Positions 10,111 to 20,043 of a stretch of DNA of 22,338 bases are shown here, one piece after another; position 1 is the stretch's first letter, and each line of letters begins with the position of its first letter. Location: assembly GCA_048127485.1 (NCBI GenBank), contig JBHNWI010000632.1:35183400-35205737 (forward strand), given 5' to 3'. This stretch comes from Solemya velum (Eukaryota). The notes below the pieces were generated by a model. That model saw nothing but the letters and a program-made list of their open reading frames with translations, ran no database searches and had not been told where the DNA came from. The position numbers and the translations under genes were made by a program.

Positions 10111-10262
10111 AATTCGGTGTAAATGGCGGCCATATTGGACGCCATCTTGTTTGGTGTCTATGAGGCCAGTTTTTTTTCATGTTAACATTGCTCAAGTGTT
10201 CATGGACATGATACGGAACAAAATGAATGGGGTAAAGTTAAATCCTGGGGGGGGGGGTACTC
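9870..10262 (+). repeat. Right arm of the long inverted repeat
   Basis: See the left arm. Homology ends at a poly-G run (10247-10258) followed by GTACT, mirrored as CCCCCCAGG at ~8392. Confidence 0.85.
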
Positions 10263-10920
10263 AAACAGAACACAAACCACTTAGAAACTAAAATTCGATC
10301 ACATTCTAAGGCAAAATTGCAAATATGTCTCTCCTCACTGCCATTGGAAAAAAGACAACACTGAAAAAAAGCAGCAATACATAATAATACTCGAGGCTGG
10401 CGCAAATGGGATTTCATCCTAGGCTGCCATGAACACAAAATACAAACAATACAACATTTTCTATTTCTTTGTTCGTCACCTGAAGTTAAAATTAATTAGT
10501 TAAACAACTACCTTTAATACGTTTAATTGTTTCTTAATTAAATGAATATCGAGGTCGCGTGCCAAGGACAATATATTTACCTTGGCTCTTATAACGACGG
10601 CGATTCCAGCACCAGAATCATCAACACAAAGCGAAGAAAGTTAAACTGATTGATCAATTCAAAGCTGGATAAGAAAAAAGAGCACAAAAGCGACGGAAGT
10701 TTATATCATTTCAATAATAATCTTAATTTTGTCAATTAACATGCACACAACAATTATACAATTTCATCAAATCTTACAGCTATCTGGACATATATTATAC
10801 ACACATTATTCATTATGAAAAGGAACCTTAAGAAAAAGAGTTAACTTAAAATTGTAATGACAGAATATATTTACATATAAGTATACAAAATATAAACTGT
10901 ATGGTGTTTATTTTTTAGAG

Positions 10921-11025
10921 TGGTTACGTTTTGACCAAATTTTGGTTACATTTTGACCAAAATGTTGGTTACGTTTTGACCAAATTGTTTGGTTGCGTTT
11001 TGGTTTGGTTACGTTTTGACCTGAT
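10921..11025. repeat. Minisatellite, ~23-bp unit GGTTACGTTTTGACCAAA(T/A)TTT x ~4.5
   Basis: Seen directly. It is followed by a short hairpin CCCCCTTTATTCAGGGGG at 11027-11044. Confidence 0.8.
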
Positions 11026-11054
11026 CCCCCTTTATTCAGGGGGACACAGGTGAT

Positions 11055-11330
11055 ATGGAGCAAAGTCAAGAAACAGTTGTGATAGATTTTGAAATGATAA
11101 AACAGCGAATATTAGATCATAGTATTTATAAACAAAATTGGCATGAAAATAGTTCCAAATCGAATAGATTACAATATTATAAAATATATAAAGAAAATTT
11201 GGAAATTGAACATTATCTGGAACATATTATGACTGATAAATATAGAATCTCTTTAACAAAATTTAGACTGTCATCATATGATTTGGCGATAGTAAAAGGA
11301 AGATATACAAAAACAGATTTTTTTATATTC
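11055..11330 (+). pseudogene. Retroelement-derived ORF fragment with an ...ISLTKFRLSSYDLAIVKGRY... motif
   Basis: The ORF 11055-11414 contains KYRISLTKFRLSSYDLAIVKGRYTK. This resembles the L..LR.(S/G)SH.L.IE.GR(Y/W) C-terminal domain that recurs in retrotransposon ORFs of cnidarian and mollusc genomes. The downstream part is degenerate. Assignment is from memory only. Confidence 0.3.
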
Positions 11331-11426
11331 AGTATTCCCGTTGAAAAGTCTGTTATTTGGTGCTTTTTGTTCTTTAATATATTCAAGATATTTCTGTTGA
11401 AAATGTCTCGATGATTCATGCCACTT

Positions 11427-11495
11427 CTCTTGACGTTCTATGCCAAATCTCTTGACGTTCTTGGTTTGACGTTTTCGAATCTTGACGCTCTCGAT
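11427..11495 (+). promoter_or_regulatory. Four direct repeats of TCTTGACG(T/C)T (TGACG half-CRE / bZIP-like motif) upstream of the MVP start codon
   Basis: CTTCTCTTGACGTTCTATGCCAAATCTCTTGACGTTCTTGGTTTGACGTTTTCGAATCTTGACGCTCTC. The repeats lie 210-280 bp 5' of the ATG at 11705. Confidence 0.35.
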
Positions 11496-11704
11496 GTCTC
11501 CCAATACACGTACAGGTACGTTGTTCGATGTTCTATGTTGAACTCATAACATGGTGATAGTATCATCTTTGGAGCAAGCCTACTCGGGTTTCTGTTTACA
11601 TTGGACGAACTATCAGTAATCATCGACAGCACAGTCAGCACTTCAACTCAAGGGAACGGAGACTCATTCACATTTTTTTCAGTTTCAGGAGAGCATTTTC
11701 CAAA

Positions 11705-11758
11705 ATGAGTAGCGTTATTGGGATTGCGCCTTTCCAATTTGTACATATTTTCGACTCG
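11705..11758 (+). CDS. MVP: Major vault protein, first coding exon ([18 protein letters not shown])
   Basis: An ATG in a Kozak-like context (CAAAATGA) opens 18 codons, then a GTGAGG donor at 11759. The peptide aligns position by position with the human MVP N-terminus FIIRIPPYHYIHVLDQ (I/V-I-x-I-P/A-P-Y/F-x-Y/F-I/V-H-V/I-L/F-D). It ends in phase 0, which matches exon 2. Confidence 0.7.
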
Positions 11759-12507
11759 GTGAGGAAACATTATTGAACTTCGATCACTCTTAAGAAGTTA
11801 AATTATAGAAGTTAGTTATACACTCTAATGTAACATCAACTGAACACTAGGCTTAGTTAAGGAAGTAACTTCTACATGTAGTTCTATTGTTATCTGGAGT
11901 ATTACCAAAGCTGTTGTATATACATTATATATTGATTCTAAAAGACATTCTGGTAGTGAACTTTGCGCACCCATTTTCACATGTATTGGCATTTATATTT
12001 TAAAATATTTGCATCTAAAATAAAAGAATGTGTTATTCTCACAAGTTTGTTTTTTCCATTTTTAAAGTTGCATGTGTAATATTTGCAAATAATCATGGGT
12101 TGTCACTGGTCCAGTTCCTTCAATGTCGAACCTAGTTGGCTTACTGCCTAATACTGGTGTCCCTGGAATTTATACCACCCTGGAAATACGGTCAAAATAT
12201 CCCAGTCTCCCGGGTGCTCATATTTCACAGGTTTTACTGTACATGTATACATACACACAAGCCTAGGCATAAAATTTATCAACCCGGCAAATAAGATAGC
12301 GAGGGTCTATTATATATGATATAAGACTATAATAAGTTATTAGGTTATGTAAGATACAGAGCTCCATCTAAGCTTCTCCAAAAAGTAATTAAAATTATGT
12401 CGATGAATACTAAAATAAAATTGTAGATCTAAATGAACTGGATTATTAGAAACCCTGGGATTTGCAACCCAAGGGGGAAATTCGACTGTTTGCATGCTGC
12501 CATTTTT

Positions 12508-12525
12508 GTTGTTGTTGTTGTTGAC
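12508..12525. repeat. (GTT)6 microsatellite
   Basis: Seen directly. Confidence 0.8.
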
Positions 12526-12546
12526 ATATTTAAGTATCAAAACAAA

Positions 12547-12930
12547 TAGTCCTGAAGCTCATATGACTAGTTACCCTAAAGTCTTGGTTCTGTCATTGAT
12601 ATGAAAGTGAACTTTCAAACTTGTCGACAATGACTGTAAAATTTTTTTTTTCAAACTATGAATACGATAAACATCCATGCTATATTGCTTGGGTGTACAA
12701 ATCAATGTATCCCTCATTGGATACCTAACATCCATGATGTGTTAAAGAACATATAGTTGCCATTATAAGCTGTGGTACCGAAAAAATTCAATGTTGGCCT
12801 GGCCATCTTGAATAACAGCCCTATACTCTTTACCATAGGTGAGAACTGTCATCTCCCTTCAATCAAATATCCTATATCGGACCTATGCTCGAATCATGAC
12901 TAGGGTAACCAGTCATAAGCTTCAGGACTA
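12547..12930. mobile_element. hAT-type MITE (384 bp) with ~35-bp TIRs and a perfect 8-bp target-site duplication, in MVP intron 1
   Basis: Left TIR is TAGTCCTGAAGCTCATATGACTAGTTACCCTAAAGTC (12547-12583). Right TIR is GACTAGGGTAACCAGTCATAAGCTTCAGGACTA (12898-12930), ~33/37 matches as reverse complement. It is flanked by identical AAAACAAA at 12539-12546 and 12931-12938. Confidence 0.75.
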
Positions 12931-14377
12931 AAAACAAACATCCTGAATACTGGCACTTCTCTCACAACTGCAGATGCTAACTTCCTATAGGTACTGTAGG
13001 CATGTTCCTATACTTTTCTGCCAAAATAAAAAATTGAAATGCCAAAAATATATCACTGACTGTCATCGTGAGCAGTGTTACATATCCACAAAAAAATGAA
13101 CATTGACACATTGGCTTCAAGAAAGTGAAGAAAACTTGAGTTTTTTCTAAACTCATGATATACCAGTATGTATATTTCTGCAAATAAAACACATGGAGTC
13201 AACACGCAACAACAGTATCACGGACAGTACTGTGAAAATTAACATTTCTTCTCTCTCTTATTCTTGGTCTGTTGATATATATGCTAAAATACATCCACCG
13301 CAATGAAGATTTCTAAATTTTCACGGTGGGGAATGGTGAAGGCGGTTACTTGAGAAATTTTAATTGTAATTGACTGTTGATTTACACCAATAAATGTTGA
13401 AAATGTTCATAGGAATGCATGCAAACTCTTGGCTAGAAACTGAGAAACGCTGTAGATGGCATCCCAAGTAACCTGAATTTTCGAAATTTTTACAGGAGAT
13501 CATGCCCCAGGACCTCCCCCCCCTCCCCGAAGGCTTTGGTCACTTTGGGACCTTGCGATCAAATGCGCTACTGCCTATGATATGTGCCTACACATCTTTG
13601 TTGTGTTAGATATACCCCTGAACTTGGAAACAATATATTTTTATGGTATTGTCCATGTGATGAAAAGGGGAAGTATATTTAAACTATACCCAATTGAGTT
13701 TTTGATTGATTGATTTCTGCAAGGCAATCCACTATGGGTGATTTTTTGGATGCATTTTGCATAAGCATGCAAATTGGTTTTAAGGATATTGACTTTAAAT
13801 CAATTTGTGGAGTTGGCAGTGGGAAGCGAGGTGATGATCTGGACGAAAGTCTTATAGTATGGTGTTGTGCTTTGAATTTTGACTGAATTAAATTGAATAG
13901 TTTTTAATACCCTAATTTATTTGATGGATTTGATATCGAAATTGAAGTACGGTAGGTTTCAATTGGTTGGTCTTAATGTTGTACATGGGGCGTGTTGACC
14001 AGCCTTATATGTATTTTGTCCACTCTATTATGAAGTGGACCATTATGATAATGCAGTGACACCAACCAACCTACAACAATTTTATGCAAAGTATTAATTG
14101 ACCTAAACCTCTTGTAGCAATAGCAGCTTAACAGAGTTGGTGATCAAGAACTACGTCCTTAGCTGTTCATTATTTCATGGATGTAAAATAATGTAATTTG
14201 GGATTTGGAACGATCATCTTGGAAAATGTATACAGAAATGGACTTCCAGGCATAAAACTATAGATGTTAGGTTTTTTAATTAATATACATAACGATACAT
14301 GATCATCCATCTTATTTTCGCATGATAACTACATTTTATCATGTCAATTATTCTTCGAATGATTTTTTTTTCTCTAG

Positions 14378-14511
14378 AATACGAACATCACCCGCCTACT
14401 AAATGGGCCCAAGAGACTAGTACTTCAGAATCATGAGAAGTCAGTGATGGGCCCACTGCCCATGATCATCATCCCGCCCGGACATTACTGTATGATAAAG
14501 GACCCTATGAG
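14378..14511 (+). CDS. MVP: Major vault protein exon 2 ([44 protein letters not shown])
   Basis: A polypyrimidine tract plus AG acceptor (TTTTTTTTTCTCTAG) and a GTGTGT donor bound the exon. It aligns with human MVP [44 protein letters not shown] and keeps the PPxHYC motif. It ends in phase 2. Confidence 0.85.
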
Positions 14512-15944
14512 GTGTGTTGTCAGTAGTTTTTTTTTTGAGCAATCATCTTCATAATTAAGCCAATCAAATCAAATAAGATTTCAAATGTCTATTCTAAAGG
14601 CAGTTGAACTGATTTTCCTGGCAACAATTGTTGATTTACTCTGATCAGAAGAATTTATAATACTATGTGTCAACTTGATCAGCTGATATAACTCTGCCAT
14701 TACTCGACAAACCAGGGTTAGTTGTCTTTTAATTCTGGATTGTGTCTTTTTTATTATTTGAATTAGTAATCATATTGATGTGCCACAAAACCCTCCCATG
14801 CAGGAAGGTTATTAACTCTATGTTACTAAACAATTCATGGTTTCTATTTAAAAAACCTGGGGAACCATGAAGCACAGGGGCCCAAATCGTTGGCTCCACT
14901 ATAATAGGCCTACTGATATCGACTATTTTTGGGTCTAGGGTAGCGAATTAGGTGTCAATTCAGAGGGTATTCATTATTCTACGACACAGGTATGTTATTT
15001 TCTGTTATTTCAACGCGTTTTATCGCCACACGTGATAAATCACAAGTTGTTGGAAATATCACGTATCGCGAGTTGGTCCCCTTGTATATCTTATGATATC
15101 AGTGTATATAGTTAAGCCAACGTGTCGGGCCCCTGTGCCATGAAGCAGATATTCAATTGCATTTGAAGCTTAATAAATATATTAAGATAATTGCTGTTAA
15201 ATTGTTTTAACAATATCGATGAAACATTGTTCTACACATCATTACACAATCCTAAACATTTATACTCCAAAATATTCAGAATGGTCCAATGTTGACTTGC
15301 AACAAAAGAAATCTTTGGTGAATGGCTGGAAATAAGAAATGCTGTGGAATGGATATTATCTTGAATGATACAACGACATTTGAACATGATTATCGAGTTA
15401 ATCTGGATTATTTCAACCATGATTTTTCACAGGATAACTTTTAACATCATATTAAATTTGTCACAAACAGAAAGGCTACTACATGAGACCAAACAAGACT
15501 TCCATTTTAATTCATTGAAATAGTTTCAGAAACTAGCACATCAGTTTGTTGACAGATTTACATGATTTTTTTCTTTTCAATCTTCATTGTTTTCATTTAC
15601 TGAAGCAAAACTTGGATTTACAATCTTCCTAAAGAAGAAATATTGTTCATGTCTCTTCCCTAACATCTCTGCTCTGAGTGAACATTCAGGCTTAATTTAC
15701 ATTCATCTAGTCATAGCATGTTCTGGAAAAAATCTGACATGAGATTCCTTGATTTCGTTGAACTTCTGATATTAAAGTGCATCATTGAGAAAACAGTTAT
15801 GACTACTATGAGATGAACAAGATATGTTACTATCATGGCTGGTTGACTAGTTTAATGTCCTGTATAGCAATTTTTCAGCTGTTAAGACATGTATGCAGTG
15901 TATGTGCGTGCGTATCATATGTGTCTGCTTGTCTTGAAGCTCTT

Positions 15945-16185
15945 TAGAGTGCTGCCTCACTGGAATGCCATATCGCAGACTATATGACATCCCACCAAGT
16001 CACATTATACTGACACCGGGCCAACCAGCCGTTGCGATAACCATCGTGTTGGACGTCTGTCAGGCAGCCACAACGAATACCGATTTTAAAGACTTTGGTT
16101 TGTCTCGGCCGGGAACCTGCGACCTCCCAGTCATCGAGCAGACGTCCTACCCACTAGGCCACGGCGCTGGTGTGTTACTATCATA
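15945..16185 (-). mobile_element. tRNA-derived SINE in MVP intron 2
   Basis: The minus strand reads ...GCGCCGTGGCCTAGTGGGTAGGACGTCTGCTCGATGACTGGGAGGTCGCAGGTTCCCGGCCGAGACAAACCAAAGTCTTTAAAATCGG... It has a tRNA-like D-arm (GTGGCCTAGTGGGTAGGACG) and T-arm-like GGTCGCAGGTTCCCGG, followed by a non-tRNA body. Confidence 0.5.
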
Positions 16186-16337
16186 AATACCAGTATAGAT
16201 GAACAGTATGAATGTGAAAGACCTGTTTAACATTCATCTATCAAGCCATGTGATAAGTTCATAATATAATGAGTTGCAAAGAAGTTTGAGAGTCATGAAA
16301 TTTTATTGAGCCATTGAATTCCAATGTAGAAAGTCTA

Positions 16338-16838
16338 TTAAAGGGATAATTCCACACCCAGTCTTGTAAACTATATCGTCACCAACAGTCACATTAAACT
16401 ATTTTCCAACAATTTTTCCCCACTCACCGGTTGTATTCTGCAAATATAGCCAACTTTTGAGGGAGAATCCCCACCCATCGGCTATCGGCAACACGTTTAC
16501 ATTTGTTCAAAAGATTGTGTCAACCAATCACAGCAGACTGGCAATCACTTCGGAACGCCATTGTATGACGGAGTGCGCACGTGTGCGAGAAAAGCACTAA
16601 AATCTAAAAATACACTGGTATTATGCGTTGCGTCACAATTCAGTTGTAATGGTCGGTAAGCAATGCCGATAAATTGACTTGTGTCAATTTAAGAAAAAGG
16701 TCTTCGATACCGCTAGTTCAAGGCAGAACTCAACCTTTGCTACGCGGCTACAGTCAACACTCATGGAGGGGTTATCAAAACCGTAAGTACCAAAATAAAG
16801 GAAGTTACTGAGATTTGGGTGTGGAATTATGGCTTTAA
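16338..16838 (+). mobile_element. MITE family B, copy 1 (~500 bp) in MVP intron 2, ending 87 bp upstream of exon 3
   Basis: Termini are TTAAAGGGATAATTCCACACCCAG ... TTGGGTGTGGAATTATGGCTTTAA, a ~23-bp TIR. Versus copy 2 it carries an extra ~190-bp internal segment (~16445-16635). Confidence 0.7.
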
Positions 16839-16924
16839 GTTTAAGGCCCTACTCAAAGAACTACATTGTACTACTTTTTTCTCTGTGTCACCCAACTAAT
16901 ACACATTGATTTTTAAATATTCAG

Positions 16925-16988
16925 CCAGTATGAAGATGGCAAATCCTGTGAGCTTCGCATGGGACAAACAGATGTCCGTTTTCACCAG
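16925..16988 (+). CDS. MVP: Major vault protein exon 3 ((S)[21 protein letters not shown])
   Basis: Acceptor TTTTTAAATATTCAG and donor CAG|GTTTGT bound the exon. A phase-1 start completes the AG+C = Ser codon. It aligns with human ...GQVRLRHADLEIRLAQ and reads straight into the PFPLYPGE of exon 4. Confidence 0.75.
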
Positions 16989-17081
16989 GTTTGTAAATGC
17001 TTGCATGTATTTCACACACTTATTATAATATTTTCTTACTTAGAGCAAACCTTGTGAGAAAAGACAAGTTCTGTCCTAGTG

Positions 17082-17241
17082 GCTATTGGTGGGAACAATA
17101 GGGCTTCATAGCTGTAATTGTGCATTAGAATCCCCTAAAAAATAAACTCATTATACAGACAGCTATTGGTGGGAATAATAGGGCTTCATAGCTGTAATTG
17201 TGCATTAGAATCCCCTAAAAAACAAACTCATTATACAGACA
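17082..17241. repeat. Tandem duplication, 80-bp unit x2, in MVP intron 3
   Basis: GCTATTGGTGGGAA(C/T)AATAGGGCTTCATAGCTGTAATTGTGCATTAGAATCCCCTAAAAAA(T/C)AAACTCATTATACAGACA is repeated back to back. Confidence 0.85.
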
Positions 17242-17624
17242 GAAACTATACGATTTGTCACCGTCCAAAAGTCACCTGAAATTAGTCAAGAATGAGTTCA
17301 CCTGTTTTCAATGGGGGCTTCCTGCAGAACAACATTGGGAATACATGAACATTCAATTTTGAAATTCATTTATAGAGTCTGATTTAGTTATTATACCATA
17401 GTGACTTCAGACATGTTTTATCTGGTATAGCATAGCAAAATGCTATGCATTTCAACACACTTGCTTCACAAATCTGTAAATGGCAGTGTTGCTTCGAATT
17501 TTCCCGTCAGTATAGCTGGAGAATTGTTTGAACTAATAAAAAATATATAAACCCATGTACTTGGAATATAATTGTAGGTGAACTATCTATGAAATGTTTA
17601 TCTTGTGTTTTGTTGCTGATGCAG

Positions 17625-17846
17625 GAACCATTCCCATTGTATCCTGGTGAGTCTCTGGTTGGTGCTCCAGACTTTGGGCAGTCAGCTGACTACAAGGCAG
17701 CCATTATACAGCTACCTGTGATCAAAGCTAACCATGCCATTCGACTGAGGGCCCTAGTGGACCATATGGATGGGGAGATCCATCGGAGAGAAGAGGAGAT
17801 GTGGCAGATAGAGGGGCCCCTGCTGTACCACCCCACTCCTAATGTT
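17625..17846 (+). CDS. MVP: Major vault protein exon 4 ([74 protein letters not shown])
   Basis: Acceptor TTGTTGCTGATGCAG and a perfect GTATGT donor bound the exon. It contains the MVP-diagnostic PFPLYPGE motif and aligns with human [11 protein letters not shown]...[38 protein letters not shown]. The exon is 74 codons, phase 0 to phase 0. Confidence 0.9.
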
Positions 17847-18997
17847 GTATGTTCCAAACCTCAACTGTCCCCATGATCAGTTCTTGAAATACAGTCAAAC
17901 CTGCTCTAAAGACCACCTCTATATAAAGAAAACTCGTATATAGAGACCATGTACTTTTAGTCCTATCTCTTTAAATCTGGTAAATTCTACTTGTATATAA
18001 AGACCACCTGTTCATTAAGACCACATCTATGAGGTTCCCAGGGTGGTCGTTACAGACAAGTTTGACTGTACTAATATGGCGTTGAGGATCCCATTCTTTA
18101 TGGACTTGATCTATCCTACTAATACTATTACAAGAGAACAGGGGGTAGTGTCATTGTCAAACCTAGAAAGTGTTTATACACATTTTGAAATGGACACCCA
18201 GTCTCTACATGGGTATTGCTATGGCTATGGATATGACATGGTCTTCTAAGTAGTTATTGTATCCATTTTAGGGTTACTGATTCAGTGATTGTAAAGGAAG
18301 AGGTCCATTGTCCATTTGCGCATTGTTTCTAAAAATGGCCCATTGAAAAGTGAAAAAGTTATATGACTTATATAAGGAATGGCCCATTCAAATTTTTGAG
18401 AACCACCAAAGAGCATGAAAACGGTCCATTCAGTAGAATAGTCTTCCCAATCACTGCTGATTAGTACTATTAGTGAATATTTGTGTGGCATTGAAAGTTT
18501 TGAATAGATACACGCATGACAACTTGGAAACATGTAGTTTGAAATTGTATGTTCACAGCTCATCAGTCAACTGGACAACGTGTATCAGAGAATATAAACA
18601 TATAAACATACAAATGATATATATAGTCTACAATGTATGAATGCAATATACTGGTTTCCCTCCCAAACTGGCCAACTTTTTATAAGTTAAAATGAACACA
18701 CTGCTCCGGCCACACCTCTATACAAGTTTCTCGTTAATGATAATTGGCTTAGAAATGTAGAATGCAGGTAATGGCATTTCACACCCCAGACCACCCTAGG
18801 GGTCTTGGATCATGCATTGCTCTCAGTTCAGGCACTTACTCACCTTAAAATGTCCTTGAGAAATTCTTTAATTTGTAAGAGTGTTTAGTTGTATGAACCT
18901 TGTTTCAGTAGTTGAACTTTATGTATGGTCTTGAAAACATATTGTAGGGTACAACTGGCAGTTGGTTTCAAGGTTGAAACGATTTGATTTTTTGCAG

Positions 18998-19080
18998 ACT
19001 ATAATAGACATAATTAAGCCTGTGATCATCAGGCCAGGGGAGGCACTGAAGATGAGGGCCATACAGGACACTACAGACAG
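18998..19080 (+). CDS. MVP: Major vault protein exon 5 ([27 protein letters not shown])
   Basis: Acceptor GATTTGATTTTTTGCAG and donor CAG|GTGTGG bound the exon. It aligns with human [27 protein letters not shown] and ends in phase 2. Confidence 0.85.
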
Positions 19081-19115
19081 GTGTGGCAGGTATGGCACGT
19101 ACATACGTACAATGT

Positions 19116-19440
19116 TTGAAGCCATAATTCCACACCCAAATCCCAGCAACTACCTTTATTTTGTTACTTATGGTTTTGATAACCCCTACATGAGTGTCGA
19201 CTGGAGCCTCGTAGCAAAGGTCAGGTTCTGCCTTTAACTAGCTGTATCAAAGACCTTTTTCCTAAATTGACACGAGTCAATTTATCGCCATTGCTTACCG
19301 ACCGTTACAACTGAATTATGACCCAGCGCTACATTTGCAGAATACGACCGGTGAGTGGCGAAAAATTGTTGGAGAATAGTTTAATGTAACTGTTAATGAC
19401 AATATAGTTTACAATACTGGGTGTGGAATTATTCTTTTAA
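19116..19440 (-). mobile_element. MITE family B, copy 2 (~325 bp, inverted relative to copy 1, internal deletion), in MVP intron 5 immediately after exon 5
   Basis: Its reverse complement aligns along its length with copy 1 apart from the deleted segment. Termini are TTGAAGCCATAATTCCACACCCAAATC ... CTGGGTGTGGAATTATTCTTTTAA. Confidence 0.7.
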
Positions 19441-19888
19441 TATTCTACGTCAACATGGCTAAATGTTGTATCTCTTTGAGAATTGTTGGAAGTTAGCAAT
19501 ATTGCAGTTGAAAATGAATGTTTCTAAATATGTGTGTCCAATCATTGCATGAATTTTCTTCATAGTACAATGAGACTAGTGCTGTGTATTGCCAGATAAG
19601 TAGTGATAGGATACAGTGCCACAATATGATATGTATCAGAAAATATCTGCGCATTTACACCTCAATCTGCCATGGTCTCTGGGTCCCCCGTTCATGTGCT
19701 CTAATGGAGTTATAGTTAGTAGAACATTAGTATTTGACATAGGAGGCAATATTAGGACAAGGGGAGGTAATTAATGGAGTCCACTGTTATTGCTTTACAG
19801 GTTCATTCTAAGCTTTCTACTGGCTATTACTGCTCTGCGATCAACCACCTTTTCACAAAGAGCACTATTTTAACTGCAATATATTCTA

Positions 19889-20043
19889 CCACCATGAAAT
19901 TTAGAATATCTATTACGTGAGCAGCTATTGACGTAAAAAACTTTTATTCTTATTATGAGGATAGAGTGGAATAAAAGTCGATTGTTTTTTTACGTCACTA
20001 GCTGCTCGCGAAATAGATACTAGTATCCTAAATTTCATGGTGG
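19889..20043. mobile_element. 155-bp TA-flanked MITE / nested cruciform-forming palindrome in MVP intron 5
   Basis: Imperfect 50-55-bp inverted arms read CCACCATGAAATTTAGAATATCTATTACGTGAGCAGCTATTGACGTAAAAAA / TTTTTTACGTCACTAGCTGCTCGCGAAATAGATACTAGTATCCTAAATTTCATGGTGG. The loop itself holds the inverted repeat CTTTTATTC...GAATAAAAG. TA dinucleotides flank both ends (19887-88 and 20044-45). Confidence 0.5.

Noticed and set aside
10565-10630. Minus-strand segment LSSLCVDDSGAGIAVVIRAK followed by a strong GTAAAT donor
   Set aside because: The frame opens immediately after a TAA and has no Met or usable acceptor. The other two frames hit stops before the donor. This is probably a chance signal.
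14877-15145. Possible small TE bounded by CATGAAGCACAGGGGCCC ... GGGCCCCTGTGCCATGAAG
   Set aside because: Only a ~12-bp core is truly inverted (ACAGGGGCCC / GGGCCCCTGT). The rest is a direct repeat, and no TSD is visible. This is insufficient for a call.
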